Positions 44,925 through 54,692 of a stretch of 64,000 nt of DNA are shown here, piece after piece. How positions within the stretch are numbered: the first letter of the stretch is position 1; each line of letters begins with the position of its first letter. The stretch is taken from positions 20,362-84,361 of the forward strand of contig JAGXGG010000049.1 of assembly GCA_024636855.1 (NCBI GenBank), given 5' to 3'. The notes beneath the pieces were generated by a model that saw only the letters and a list, made by a program, of their open reading frames with translations, was not told where the DNA came from and made no database searches. A program made the translations under genes and the position numbers. The DNA is from Ignavibacteriota bacterium (GTDB lineage: Bacteria; Bacteroidota; Ignavibacteria; Kapaibacteriales; UBA2268).

Positions 44925-46403
44925 CTAGTGTTTTTTTACTTCACTTACTATCTTGTCGTAATCAGATTTTACTTTCTTATCTGTTTCTAGATAATTGTCT
45001 ATCGCTCTACAAGAATGGAGTACAGTAGAATGGTCGCGACCACCGAAGTGAGCACCGATACTCTTTAGTGAAAGATTAGTCAATTTCTTAGATATTTGCA
45101 TACACATTTGACGAGAAAGTGCTATTTCGTGTTTTCTTGATTTAGATTCAATAGCGTCAATTGAAATATTGTAGTAATTAGAAACAGTTTTCTTGATATC
45201 ATCCATCGTGATTTCTCTGTTCTCTAATTTAGCTACACCTGCTACCACTTCTTTGGCTAGTTCTAGGCTTATGTCTTTTTTATCCAGAGTTACTTTTGCT
45301 ATTAATCCTATTAACGAACCTTCTAACTCACGCACACTTGATGTTACATTCTCTGCCATATACTCTAATACATCGTGAGGTAATTCGATACCTTCATTTA
45401 GAGATTTCTTCTGTAGTATTGCCATTCTAGTTTCTAAATCTGGCTTTTGTATATCTACTGACAATCCCCACTGAAAACGAGAGATAAGTCTTTCGTCCAA
45501 TCCTACTAGTTCTTTTGGTGATTTGTCCGAAGCTAAGATGATTTGCTTTCCACTTTGATGCAATGCATTAAAAGTATGGAAGAAGTTATCTTGTGTCTTT
45601 TCTTTACTGCTGAAAAACTGGATATCATCTACGATTAGAACATCTACGCCTCTGTAAAAACTTACAAAATCGTTTACACTATTGTTCTGAATAGAAGTAA
45701 TGAACTCCATTGTGAATCTATCACTCGATGTATATCTGACTTTCATTTTAGGACTCTTCTTAATAACCTCATTTCCAATAGCCTGTATTAGGTGAGTTTT
45801 ACCTAACCCAGTTTTACTATAAATAAATAGAGGATTAAAACTTGTACCACCTGGCTTCTTAGCAATCGCTTCTGCCGCAGAGTATGCAAGCTGATTGTTT
45901 TCACCTACAACAAAGTTTTCGAAATGATAACGTGGGTTTAGACCAGTAGCAAATTCTTCTTTTTTGTTTTGCTCTGCAAAATTGATAGCTCCTTGAGAAC
46001 CAGAATTATTTCTGAAAGCAGGTACTCTTATAGTTCTACTCTCTAGTGTATCATCTGAGTCATTTTTTATCACTACTTCATATTGAAGATTGATTTTACT
46101 ACCCATAACCCTTGTCAGTGAATTTCTCAATAGATCATAGTAATGTTCTTCGATCCACTCATAAAAAAACTGGCTGGGTGCTTGAACAATTAGGTTGTTT
46201 TCTTCAATTCTCAACGGAATAATAGGCTCGAACCATGAGCTAAATGCTTGCTCATTTAGATTGTCTTTTATTATTTCTAGGCACTCATCCCATTTGAGCT
46301 TAGCTTTTTCGTCTCTGTTAGTTGGAGACTTTCTATCTCTCGAAATGTCCTTCGCTGAATCCTTCTCAGGGAATAATGCAAATTTGTCTTTTTGATTTGC
46401 CAC
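44925..46403 (-). CDS. dnaA: chromosomal replication initiator protein DnaA
   Basis: Walker A SKTGLGKTHL, Walker B LIVDDIQF, sensor/box VII region, C-terminal DNA-binding signature FGGRDHSTVLHSCRAI. GTG start with a ~35-aa basic N-terminal extension. Confidence 0.93.
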   Translation of the reverse strand: MANQKDKFALFPEKDSAKDISRDRKSPTNRDEKAKLKWDECLEIIKDNLNEQAFSSWFEPIIPLRIEENNLIVQAPSQFFYEWIEEHYYDLLRNSLTRVMGSKINLQYEVVIKNDSDDTLESRTIRVPAFRNNSGSQGAINFAEQNKKEEFATGLNPRYHFENFVVGENNQLAYSAAEAIAKKPGGTSFNPLFIYSKTGLGKTHLIQAIGNEVIKKSPKMKVRYTSSDRFTMEFITSIQNNSVNDFVSFYRGVDVLIVDDIQFFSSKEKTQDNFFHTFNALHQSGKQIILASDKSPKELVGLDERLISRFQWGLSVDIQKPDLETRMAILQKKSLNEGIELPHDVLEYMAENVTSSVRELEGSLIGLIAKVTLDKKDISLELAKEVVAGVAKLENREITMDDIKKTVSNYYNISIDAIESKSRKHEIALSRQMCMQISKKLTNLSLKSIGAHFGGRDHSTVLHSCRAIDNYLETDKKVKSDYDKIVSEVKKH

Positions 46404-46861
46404 GTATATACCTGCTTCGATTTTTAGTTTGATTAATAATTATTTCGTATCTTTCCTGTTATTCGAAATCAGAATTTTGGGGTAAAAATATTATCTGATT
46501 TGAATTATGACCACAGTTCCAATTTTGTGATTTTTTACATTAAAGGCAAGGAATTTATTTTTGTTTTTTTTTGTTTTTTATTTGCATTTTTCAAAGGTTA
46601 AAAAATTCAATAAGTTATGAGCGTAAACAATAGATTAACACTATCTTAATCACAAATTCACAATAAGCATAAATAAATAATTGAGTTACGTGAGCTAAGC
46701 TCAATCTGTAAAAATGTACAATTTTCCCCCAGTCTGTTGATAAATAGGAGGAAGTAATTTTCAACATCAAAGTTTTCCACAAAAATGTAACCGAATAAGT
46801 TTTCTAAATCTTTTGTAGTTTGTGAAACTTTTTTGGTACTTCATTTGTCTATTGTTAATCT
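46404..46861. other. candidate chromosomal replication origin (oriC)
   Basis: 458-bp non-coding gap next to dnaA. T-rich unwinding-like tract at 46554-46591. DnaA-box-like 9-mer TTTTCCACA at 46773-46781 (8/9 to TTATCCACA), with weaker ATGACCACA at 46507 and TTAATCACA at ~46648. Gene orientation switches exactly here. Confidence 0.5.
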
Positions 46862-49228
46862 ATGAAAATAAAAATTCTATATATAATCTTATTTTTACTC
46901 CCAATTTTAGTTCAATCTCAGTGGTTGAATAAATGGGAGAAAGTAAATATAGCTGGTAGATATTCCCAAGAGGCGTATCTAGATGTGTTCTTTCTTCCTA
47001 GTAATAGGAACTTAGGTTGGATTTGTGGATTTAATAGTCAAGTCTCTTTCACTACTGATGGTGGTGATAATTGGGAAACGGTTAGGGTTGACCCTAATAA
47101 CAATATACAGTTGGAAAGTATTCATTTTACCTCTCCTAATATTGGCTACACTTCTGGAACTAATTCTGAAAACAGTTTAGCAGGTGCAATATACAAATCA
47201 ATAGATGGTGGACGTACATGGGTTGATATCTCCCCAATGCTAAGGCAGTTTTATTCTATTTGGGGGTGTTATTTCTATGATGATAATAGTGGTGTTGCAG
47301 TAGCTGGCTTAGTAGGTTGTGATACTCAGATATTCTTCAAGACTACTAATGGTGGTCAAAGCTGGACACAAAGGCGATATGAGATAAGATCGGGGACAAA
47401 GCTTTCGGATGTTCATATAGATGGAAATACTGGCTACGGTCAAGCAATTTCCTCAGGATATGTCTGGGAAACAACTGATTTTGGTGATAATTGGGAAATA
47501 GATTTTACTACCGGGCCTATAGATTGGGCAGAAGAACTTGCTTATCAGGACTCTTCTTTTATTATACCTATTGCTGAAGGTTGCCAAGGTGACTTTGCAG
47601 GTTATGGTGGTATGCTATTTACTACTGACAAAGGAAAGACTATACAATCTAAAATTCTTGAAAACACTGTAAATATGTACGGTTCTTTTTTGATTAATAA
47701 AACTAGTGGTTGGGTTTGTGGCTTTGATAAATCAGTTTACTTTACTTGCGATGCTGGAAATAATTGGGAAAATTTAAATTGTGGAATTGAAGGCGATTTA
47801 GACGATATATTCTTCATAGATGATACTACTGGTTGGGTAGTTGGTGACGATGTTTACAGAACACGAAATGTAACTGAAGTTAATAAAGTAATTTCAAGAG
47901 ATACTGTTTACATATGCCGAGGGGAAGTAGCTGAACTCAAAATCCAACCTCCCGACAATTTACCAAAGACAGTTTGGACTAATTGTGGTAGAGGGAATTC
48001 GTATTATACGGGTGATGATGGAGAGTATCGTGCTTTTGCCTATGCTAGTCCTTGCGATACTGCATTTATTTATGATTTTCAAGTTATATACTATCCTGAT
48101 TATACACCAGAAATACAGTCTAGTAGTTCTAATTATCTTTGTGAAGGAGATACTATCCGCCTTACAGTAGATACTTTTTATCAGAGCTATTTATGGAACA
48201 CTGGTGATACTACGTCATATTTAGATGTATATGAAAGTGGTAATTATATAGTTCAGACTACAAGTCCAGATGGTTGTATAAAGTTTGATACTACGAATAT
48301 AGTATTCAATCCACCACCTAAACCTAATATTCTTCCTCTTACTAAAAATAACTTCTGTATTGGGGATTCTATTATTTTGCAATCAGAGTTTGATCATCAT
48401 ATTTATAGATGGTACAACAACGCATCTGAGTTAATATCAAATACTAAAACTATAACTGTCAAAGACGAGGGTAATTACAAATTAATAGCTGAATCAGAGT
48501 TTGGATGTATTGATTCATCTTCTTCTTACTTCGTCTCTGTTATCATTGACTCGAATAGACTTTCTATAGAATACACTATTACTAATTCGTTCACTTTTGA
48601 TACACTTACTTTAGGTAAAAAGACATGTCAAAAAGTAAGGATTACAAATACCTCAAATGTTGATTACCAATTGCAACTAATAAAGCTCAGAGACAAATAC
48701 TACTTCGCAGCACCTCCAAGTGATTTGCCAAAGTTAGGGCCTTTCGAAACTGCCGAGTTTGAGATTTGCTTCGAAGGCGACTCGACAGGAAATTTCGAAG
48801 ATATAGTAGAAATACCTGATATTTGTTCACCTCATTTTTTCACAGTTGATGGTGTAGTAGCTCCTTTTAATTTTGAAGCACTTTCTAAATGTGACGTGCC
48901 TTGGACATTCACCTCAATTAGAATAGACAAAAAACATATATTTGAGAGTTCTGCACCTTATCCGAATCCTAGTAATAGCTCATTAGCAATTAGCTATATG
49001 GAGTTTACTCCTAAAGAGAACGTACAAATGAAAGTCTATATATACGATAGCAAAGGAATAAGAGTAGGCGAGCTAGAGCGAAGAATATCTGGTATCGAGT
49101 ATTATTCGAATGGGAAACTGGAAAGGGGAGAGTATATTGCCGAAACTAATTTACCTACTGGTATTTACTTCATTGTAATAGAAGGAAACGATAATACTGA
49201 ATCAAAACCTATTGTTATAACTCGCTAA
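46862..49228 (+). CDS. BNR/Asp-box (Ycf48-like propeller) + Ig-like repeat secreted protein with T9SS C-terminal sorting domain
   Basis: Asp-boxes TTDGGDNWE, SIDGGRTWV, TTNGGQSWT, TTDFGDNWE, TTDKGKT, CDAGNNWE. Repeated C-x-G-(D/E)-x-hydrophobic-x-L Ig-like units. Tail PYPNPSNSSLAISY...GIYFIVIEG. Confidence 0.7.
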   Translation: MKIKILYIILFLLPILVQSQWLNKWEKVNIAGRYSQEAYLDVFFLPSNRNLGWICGFNSQVSFTTDGGDNWETVRVDPNNNIQLESIHFTSPNIGYTSGTNSENSLAGAIYKSIDGGRTWVDISPMLRQFYSIWGCYFYDDNSGVAVAGLVGCDTQIFFKTTNGGQSWTQRRYEIRSGTKLSDVHIDGNTGYGQAISSGYVWETTDFGDNWEIDFTTGPIDWAEELAYQDSSFIIPIAEGCQGDFAGYGGMLFTTDKGKTIQSKILENTVNMYGSFLINKTSGWVCGFDKSVYFTCDAGNNWENLNCGIEGDLDDIFFIDDTTGWVVGDDVYRTRNVTEVNKVISRDTVYICRGEVAELKIQPPDNLPKTVWTNCGRGNSYYTGDDGEYRAFAYASPCDTAFIYDFQVIYYPDYTPEIQSSSSNYLCEGDTIRLTVDTFYQSYLWNTGDTTSYLDVYESGNYIVQTTSPDGCIKFDTTNIVFNPPPKPNILPLTKNNFCIGDSIILQSEFDHHIYRWYNNASELISNTKTITVKDEGNYKLIAESEFGCIDSSSSYFVSVIIDSNRLSIEYTITNSFTFDTLTLGKKTCQKVRITNTSNVDYQLQLIKLRDKYYFAAPPSDLPKLGPFETAEFEICFEGDSTGNFEDIVEIPDICSPHFFTVDGVVAPFNFEALSKCDVPWTFTSIRIDKKHIFESSAPYPNPSNSSLAISYMEFTPKENVQMKVYIYDSKGIRVGELERRISGIEYYSNGKLERGEYIAETNLPTGIYFIVIEGNDNTESKPIVITR

Positions 49229-49245
49229 GTAGTTAAATTTGTTCG

Positions 49246-50358
49246 ATGGAAAATAACTATGATGTAATAATAATATGTTTTGCAAATCCTACTTTTGATG
49301 CTAGGACTATAAACCTTGTCAAAACACTAATTAAATATAAGAGAAAAGTTGCTCTCGTAACACCTGATTACGATGTTATTCCTGATTATATTTCACCTAA
49401 TGATTATTATAAGTGCAAGATAAACTTGGATCAGAAAGTCCGTCACTCTCAGAAAGAATTTACTAAAAGCGTTAAGAAGCTAAAATTATCTGGTAAGTTT
49501 GTGCATGCTGGGGATTTCTATTCTCTTGCTGCCGCCAAGTTTATAAAGATGAAATATAAGGCGAAGTTAATTTATGATTCACGTGAGATATACTCTCAAC
49601 TAAATTCTCTCAAAGATAGAACCTTTGCAAGGAAGTTAATCGAATTTCGTGAGAAGTATTTGGTAACTTACGTAGATAAAATAATGGTAACAGCCGATGT
49701 AGATGCTGCTTATTTAAAAAAGCTTTTTATGCATACTATACCGTATAATATCATAAAAAATCTTCCCCCAAAACAAGAGCTTTTTGAAAGTAATTTTCTT
49801 AGAGATAGATTTAAAATTAGCTCAGAAAAAATTATTCTTCTTTACCAAGGTTGGGTGTTAGAAGGACGTGGTTTGAATGCTTTGATTAGAGCTATGGAAA
49901 GTATAGATTTTGCTGAACTCGTTATAATAGGTGATGGTGAATATCTAAATTCATTGAAAGAATTAGTCAATAAGGAAGGTCTAGAGTCCAAAGTGCACTT
50001 CACAGGCTTAATTCCATATAATGAATTGAGCAATGCTACTATATCTGCTGATATTGGTATTGTTCTATTTGAAGATACTAGTATCTCCTATCAAAATGCT
50101 TTGCCTAATAAGCTATTCGAATTTATACAGTCTGCTTTGCCAGTTATAACTTCTGGTCAGAATACTATGAGAGAAGTTGTAGAAAATGAAAGTATTGGTT
50201 TAACAATAGACAAAGTTGAATCAAGTGACTTACTAAAAGCAATTCAGAAAATGTCTGATGTTACAACGAGAAATAATTTTAAAAAGAATATATTAGAAAT
50301 ACGAGATAAGTTTACATACGAGACACAAGAAATAGAAATCCTAAAGGTTTATAGTTGA
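49246..50358 (+). CDS. GT-B fold glycosyltransferase (GT4-like)
   Basis: LYQGWVLEGRGL..LI.AM....ELVIIGDGEY...L and the C-terminal acceptor/donor motif ..LPNKLFEFIQSALPVITS. Confidence 0.75.
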   Translation: MENNYDVIIICFANPTFDARTINLVKTLIKYKRKVALVTPDYDVIPDYISPNDYYKCKINLDQKVRHSQKEFTKSVKKLKLSGKFVHAGDFYSLAAAKFIKMKYKAKLIYDSREIYSQLNSLKDRTFARKLIEFREKYLVTYVDKIMVTADVDAAYLKKLFMHTIPYNIIKNLPPKQELFESNFLRDRFKISSEKIILLYQGWVLEGRGLNALIRAMESIDFAELVIIGDGEYLNSLKELVNKEGLESKVHFTGLIPYNELSNATISADIGIVLFEDTSISYQNALPNKLFEFIQSALPVITSGQNTMREVVENESIGLTIDKVESSDLLKAIQKMSDVTTRNNFKKNILEIRDKFTYETQEIEILKVYS

Positions 50359-51215
50359 TATATTTACTACTACTGTTGCAACAATTGATAGCTTCGGGAA
50401 CACACATAGTTGCTAAAACTTTAACAGCAGAAATCCCAGCACCAGTTGCATTATTCTATAGAGCACTATTAGTTTCGACATTATACTCGATTGTACTTCT
50501 TTTCAAATGGGATAAATTCAAGAAAGTAGAACCAAAAGATTGGCTTAGATTTATATTAATCGGTATGTTGAATATACCTATTAATCAATTCTTATTCCTA
50601 AGCTCTTTGGAGCTTACACAGGCACCCAATGTTGCTTTTGCTTACTCATTAGTACCAGCGTTTGTGCTGATTATATCTGTTTCTTTTTTCAAAGAAAAGA
50701 CAACGAAACTCAAGTTATTGGGGATAGGAATAGCCGTTATTGGTACAGTCTTACTCCTATTGAACAAAGGATTTGATATTAATAATCTATCAACAAAGGG
50801 AGATATACTCGCATTGATAGCCTCACTTTCTTGGGCATTTTATACGATATTGGGTAAGCAATTAGCTGAAAAATATGGAGCTATATTTACTACAGGTATA
50901 GCTATGGTATTTGGTCTAATATTATATTTACCAGTATTCCATTTTCATCCCGTAACATATTCATTATCAGATATCTCAACAAAAAACTGGTTACAGATAT
51001 TCTATATTGGTGCTATTACCTCAGGTGTTGGATATACTCTTTGGTATTATGCTCTTCAGAAAATAGAAGCATCTAAAGTATCTGTATTCAATAATATACA
51101 ACCAGTATTGACAACAATTTTAGCATATTTTATATTAGATAATGCAATTAATGCTAACTTTGTGGTTGCAGGTGTGTTAATAATTGCTGGAGTTGTAATC
51201 ACTCAACGTGGTTAG
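50355..51215 (+). CDS. EamA/DMT-family transporter
   Basis: Ten TM helices arranged as two EamA repeats. 4-nt overlap with the glycosyltransferase gene. Confidence 0.8.
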   Translation: MIYLLLLLQQLIASGTHIVAKTLTAEIPAPVALFYRALLVSTLYSIVLLFKWDKFKKVEPKDWLRFILIGMLNIPINQFLFLSSLELTQAPNVAFAYSLVPAFVLIISVSFFKEKTTKLKLLGIGIAVIGTVLLLLNKGFDINNLSTKGDILALIASLSWAFYTILGKQLAEKYGAIFTTGIAMVFGLILYLPVFHFHPVTYSLSDISTKNWLQIFYIGAITSGVGYTLWYYALQKIEASKVSVFNNIQPVLTTILAYFILDNAINANFVVAGVLIIAGVVITQRG

Positions 51216-51298
51216 TGTAACTTTTTATATATTTAATTGTATTTACAATTAGAAACTGACAAAAAACAATTTAATTATTTTATATTTAGAGGATTAGA

Positions 51299-54121
51299 AT
51301 GAAATTATTCGCCAAGTTATTACTTTTTGTAGCTTTAATTGCACAGTTTAATGTTACTGCTGAAGAGTTACCAAATGTAAAGTACAGTTCGCTGGACGAA
51401 GTTTTTCCATTGAGAAATGATATCAGAACTGGAAAGTTCGAAAATGGTTTGGAGTATTTTATATTAAAAAATAATAAACCAGAAAATAGAGTTTCACTTA
51501 GAATGCCAGTGAAAATTGGTTCAGTTGATGAGTCTGATATACAGCAAGGTATGGCTCACTTCGTAGAACATATGTGCTTCAATGGTACAGAAGATTTTCC
51601 GAAATCGGAATTGATAAACTATCTAGAAAAAAATGGTGTTAAGTTTGGTGCTCACTTAAACGCATACACTAGTTTCGACGAAACTGTGTATATGCTAGAA
51701 TTACCAGCTGATGATGATAAAGTTTTAGAGACTGGTATCCAAATTTTAGAGAACTGGGCTCACAAAGTAACTTTCGCTGACAAAGATATAGATGACGAGA
51801 GAGGTGTAATAATAGAAGAAGCACGTCTTAGAGGCGGAGTTCAGACTAGAATGTTTGACGCTCACAAAGAAGTTTCATTCTACAACTCTAAATATAAAGA
51901 CAGATTACCAATTGGAGATACTACTTTATTGAGAAGTTCTGGACACGAAGAGTTTAGAAACTTCTACAAAAAATGGTACCGTCCAGACCTAATGGCAGTT
52001 ATTATAGTAGGTGATATAGATGTAGATAAAATGGAAAAGTACGTAAAGAAATACTTTGGTAGCATACCAGTTGCTAAAGGTGCTCCACAACCTGACAAAT
52101 ACAGCTTACCAGAAAATAAAATGCCTTTGACTTCAGTTGCAACTGATAAAGAATTACCTTTCCCTACAGTTTCAATTTCATTTAGAAGACCTGGAGTAGA
52201 AGCAAAAGGTACATACGGAGAATACAGAACTAATATAATCGACCAAATAGCAGGTGGTGCATTGAATGAAAGATTAGCTGAACAAAGCCTTTCTGCTGAT
52301 CCTCCATACCAATTCTCTAGAGCTGGTTATAGCCGTTCTATGGGAGCTGAGGATTTCGATTTAATAGCTGTTGCTAAAGGAACAGAATATAAAAAAGCTA
52401 CTGATGTATTGCTAACAGAGACTATGAGAGCAACAAAGTATGGTATTACAGATTCAGAACTAGCTAGAATGAAAGAAAATATTATTTCTAACTACAAACA
52501 AATGTACTCTGAAAAAAACAACGTAGAATCTAGTGATTTGGGTAATGAGATTGTAAGACATTTCTTAGCTAATGAAGCAGTACCTGGCATTGAGTACGAG
52601 TATGCCTTCGTAAATAAAATACTACCTACAATAACTAAAGAAGACGTAAATACTAGATTGGGTACATATATTGACGATAATAACTATATCGCAACTATTT
52701 CTCTACCTGCATCTGCTGATAATGTGCCAACAAAAGAAGATTTTGCTGCTACTTATAAAGAGATAACATCAAAAAGTATAACAGCATATACAGAAGAAGT
52801 AAATGATGAACCGTTATTTAACAAAGAAGTCACACCTGGTAAAGTTGTAAGCAGAAAAGATTTACCACAAGATGTGAAGATGATTAAGTTATCCAATGGA
52901 GCTAGTGTTTATTTTAAAAATACTAACTTTAAAGATGACGAAATCACTTTAAGAGCATTTAGTAAAGGTGGGTCATCTTTAATCTCTGACAAAGATTTCG
53001 TTTCTGGTAGATTTGCTGATGAGTTGGTAAATAGTTCAGGGATAGCAGATGTTGATATCGTTTCTTTGATGAAAATGATGTCAAGCAAGAACTTTAATGT
53101 GAGCCCTAATATAGGTCAGTTGAATGAGGGATTCAGAGGTTCATCTAATACTGAAGAATTTGAAGAAATGCTTCAATTATTACATTTATACTTTACAGAT
53201 CCAAGAATAGATGAACAGTCATTCCAATCTTGGAGAGCTAAAAGAACAGATGCTTTGATTAACTCTAAGAGAAACCCACAATCAGTACTTAACGATTCAG
53301 TTGGATACATCATGTCGGGTTACCATCCTCGTTCAAAACCACTAACAGAAGAAGACCTAGCTAAAGTAGATATGAACGAAGCAATGAAAGTTTATAAAGC
53401 TAGATTTGCAAATGCTGGTGATTTCAACTTTATATTCACAGGTAATTTGGACAAAGTTAATTTTGAAGAATTAGTAGCTAAATATATAGGTTCACTAAAC
53501 GGCACTAACAAAGCCGAAAATTGGAAAGATGTAGGCGCTAAAATGCCAAAAGGTTCTTTCAACAAAGAATTCAAAAAAGGTATAGACCAAAATAGCCGTG
53601 TTATTATGGCATTTACTTCTGATGATTTTAAATATACCCAATCTAATAGACAACTAATTCAGTCATTAGACAAAGTATTAGGAATCAGATTAAGAGAACA
53701 ACTACGTGAAGAGAAAGGTGGAGTTTACAACGTTAGTGCATTCTCTAGTTTCGATAAATATCCTCATGAAGAAAGTTACATAATTGTTACTTTCGGTTGT
53801 GATCCTAATAGAGTCGAAGAACTAAAAGCTGATACTAAGATGATTGTTGAAGAGTTACAAAGAGATTTGATTTCTGATGAGAATATGCAGAAAATCAAAG
53901 AAACTCAAAGAAGAGATTTTGAGTTAGCTCAGAAAGACAATAATACGTGGAGTGCATGGATATATAACTCACTTTGGTATGGTGAAGATTTAACTAGCAT
54001 AGACAATTACATAAAAGTAGTTGAAAAGCTATCTAAGGAAGATATTAGAAATGCGGCAAAGAAATATCTGAATTACAATAGTTTAAAATCATTTGTTCTT
54101 GCACCAGAAGAAACTAAGTAA
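51299..54121 (+). CDS. secreted M16 (insulinase/pitrilysin) family zinc peptidase
   Basis: Signal peptide. Inverted zinc motif HFVEHMCFNGT (HxxEH). 940 aa with two M16 active/inactive halves. Confidence 0.88.
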   Translation: MKLFAKLLLFVALIAQFNVTAEELPNVKYSSLDEVFPLRNDIRTGKFENGLEYFILKNNKPENRVSLRMPVKIGSVDESDIQQGMAHFVEHMCFNGTEDFPKSELINYLEKNGVKFGAHLNAYTSFDETVYMLELPADDDKVLETGIQILENWAHKVTFADKDIDDERGVIIEEARLRGGVQTRMFDAHKEVSFYNSKYKDRLPIGDTTLLRSSGHEEFRNFYKKWYRPDLMAVIIVGDIDVDKMEKYVKKYFGSIPVAKGAPQPDKYSLPENKMPLTSVATDKELPFPTVSISFRRPGVEAKGTYGEYRTNIIDQIAGGALNERLAEQSLSADPPYQFSRAGYSRSMGAEDFDLIAVAKGTEYKKATDVLLTETMRATKYGITDSELARMKENIISNYKQMYSEKNNVESSDLGNEIVRHFLANEAVPGIEYEYAFVNKILPTITKEDVNTRLGTYIDDNNYIATISLPASADNVPTKEDFAATYKEITSKSITAYTEEVNDEPLFNKEVTPGKVVSRKDLPQDVKMIKLSNGASVYFKNTNFKDDEITLRAFSKGGSSLISDKDFVSGRFADELVNSSGIADVDIVSLMKMMSSKNFNVSPNIGQLNEGFRGSSNTEEFEEMLQLLHLYFTDPRIDEQSFQSWRAKRTDALINSKRNPQSVLNDSVGYIMSGYHPRSKPLTEEDLAKVDMNEAMKVYKARFANAGDFNFIFTGNLDKVNFEELVAKYIGSLNGTNKAENWKDVGAKMPKGSFNKEFKKGIDQNSRVIMAFTSDDFKYTQSNRQLIQSLDKVLGIRLREQLREEKGGVYNVSAFSSFDKYPHEESYIIVTFGCDPNRVEELKADTKMIVEELQRDLISDENMQKIKETQRRDFELAQKDNNTWSAWIYNSLWYGEDLTSIDNYIKVVEKLSKEDIRNAAKKYLNYNSLKSFVLAPEETK

Positions 54122-54155
54122 GAACAAATTACTTTTTTAGATTTCTATTTAAAGC

Positions 54156-54190
54156 CCTCGAACAATTTTTAGTTCGAGGTTTTTTTATTT
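54156..54190 (+). terminator. rho-independent terminator of the M16 peptidase gene
   Basis: Stem CCTCGAAC (54156-54163) / GTTCGAGG (54172-54179), followed by TTTTTTTATTTTTT. Confidence 0.8.
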
Positions 54191-54254
54191 TTTGTATTCT
54201 ATCTTTTCAATTCTTATCTTGTGATTATCTCTCTAATAAACCATTCAAATTATT

Positions 54255-54692
54255 ATGAAATATATAGTTTTATTCCTATTTCTAATCGGAGGAAACTCCG
54301 CAATCTCCATTGAATATTCAGAAAATCATCTTGGATTAGCAGATGAACTAATAGGTATTAGTGAGATGAATGGTGTTGATGTTTCGGCTATAGCTGTAGA
54401 AGTATTAGATTATTTCCAAATCAGTACAGATGTCGAAAACTATCAAGATATAAAGGAAACCTACATTGAGTCATTTAAGAATGATTATCTAATGCAAGTT
54501 CGAGAATTATATGTATCGTATTATTCTGAAGAGGATATCAAAGCCTTGATTCAATTTTACAAATCCGAAATAGGAAAGAAAGTTTTAAAAAATACAGATC
54601 AACTCAGTAATGATATAGTTCTATCAGCAGAGCTATGGACAGAGAAAATATATTCAAAACTGGAAAGTATGGTAGATGAAGAAAGCAAATGA
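54255..54692 (+). CDS. DUF2059-like secreted protein
   Basis: Signal peptide. The ..YSEEDIKALIQFYKSEIGKKVLK.. pattern is typical of DUF2059. Confidence 0.55.
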   Translation: MKYIVLFLFLIGGNSAISIEYSENHLGLADELIGISEMNGVDVSAIAVEVLDYFQISTDVENYQDIKETYIESFKNDYLMQVRELYVSYYSEEDIKALIQFYKSEIGKKVLKNTDQLSNDIVLSAELWTEKIYSKLESMVDEESK

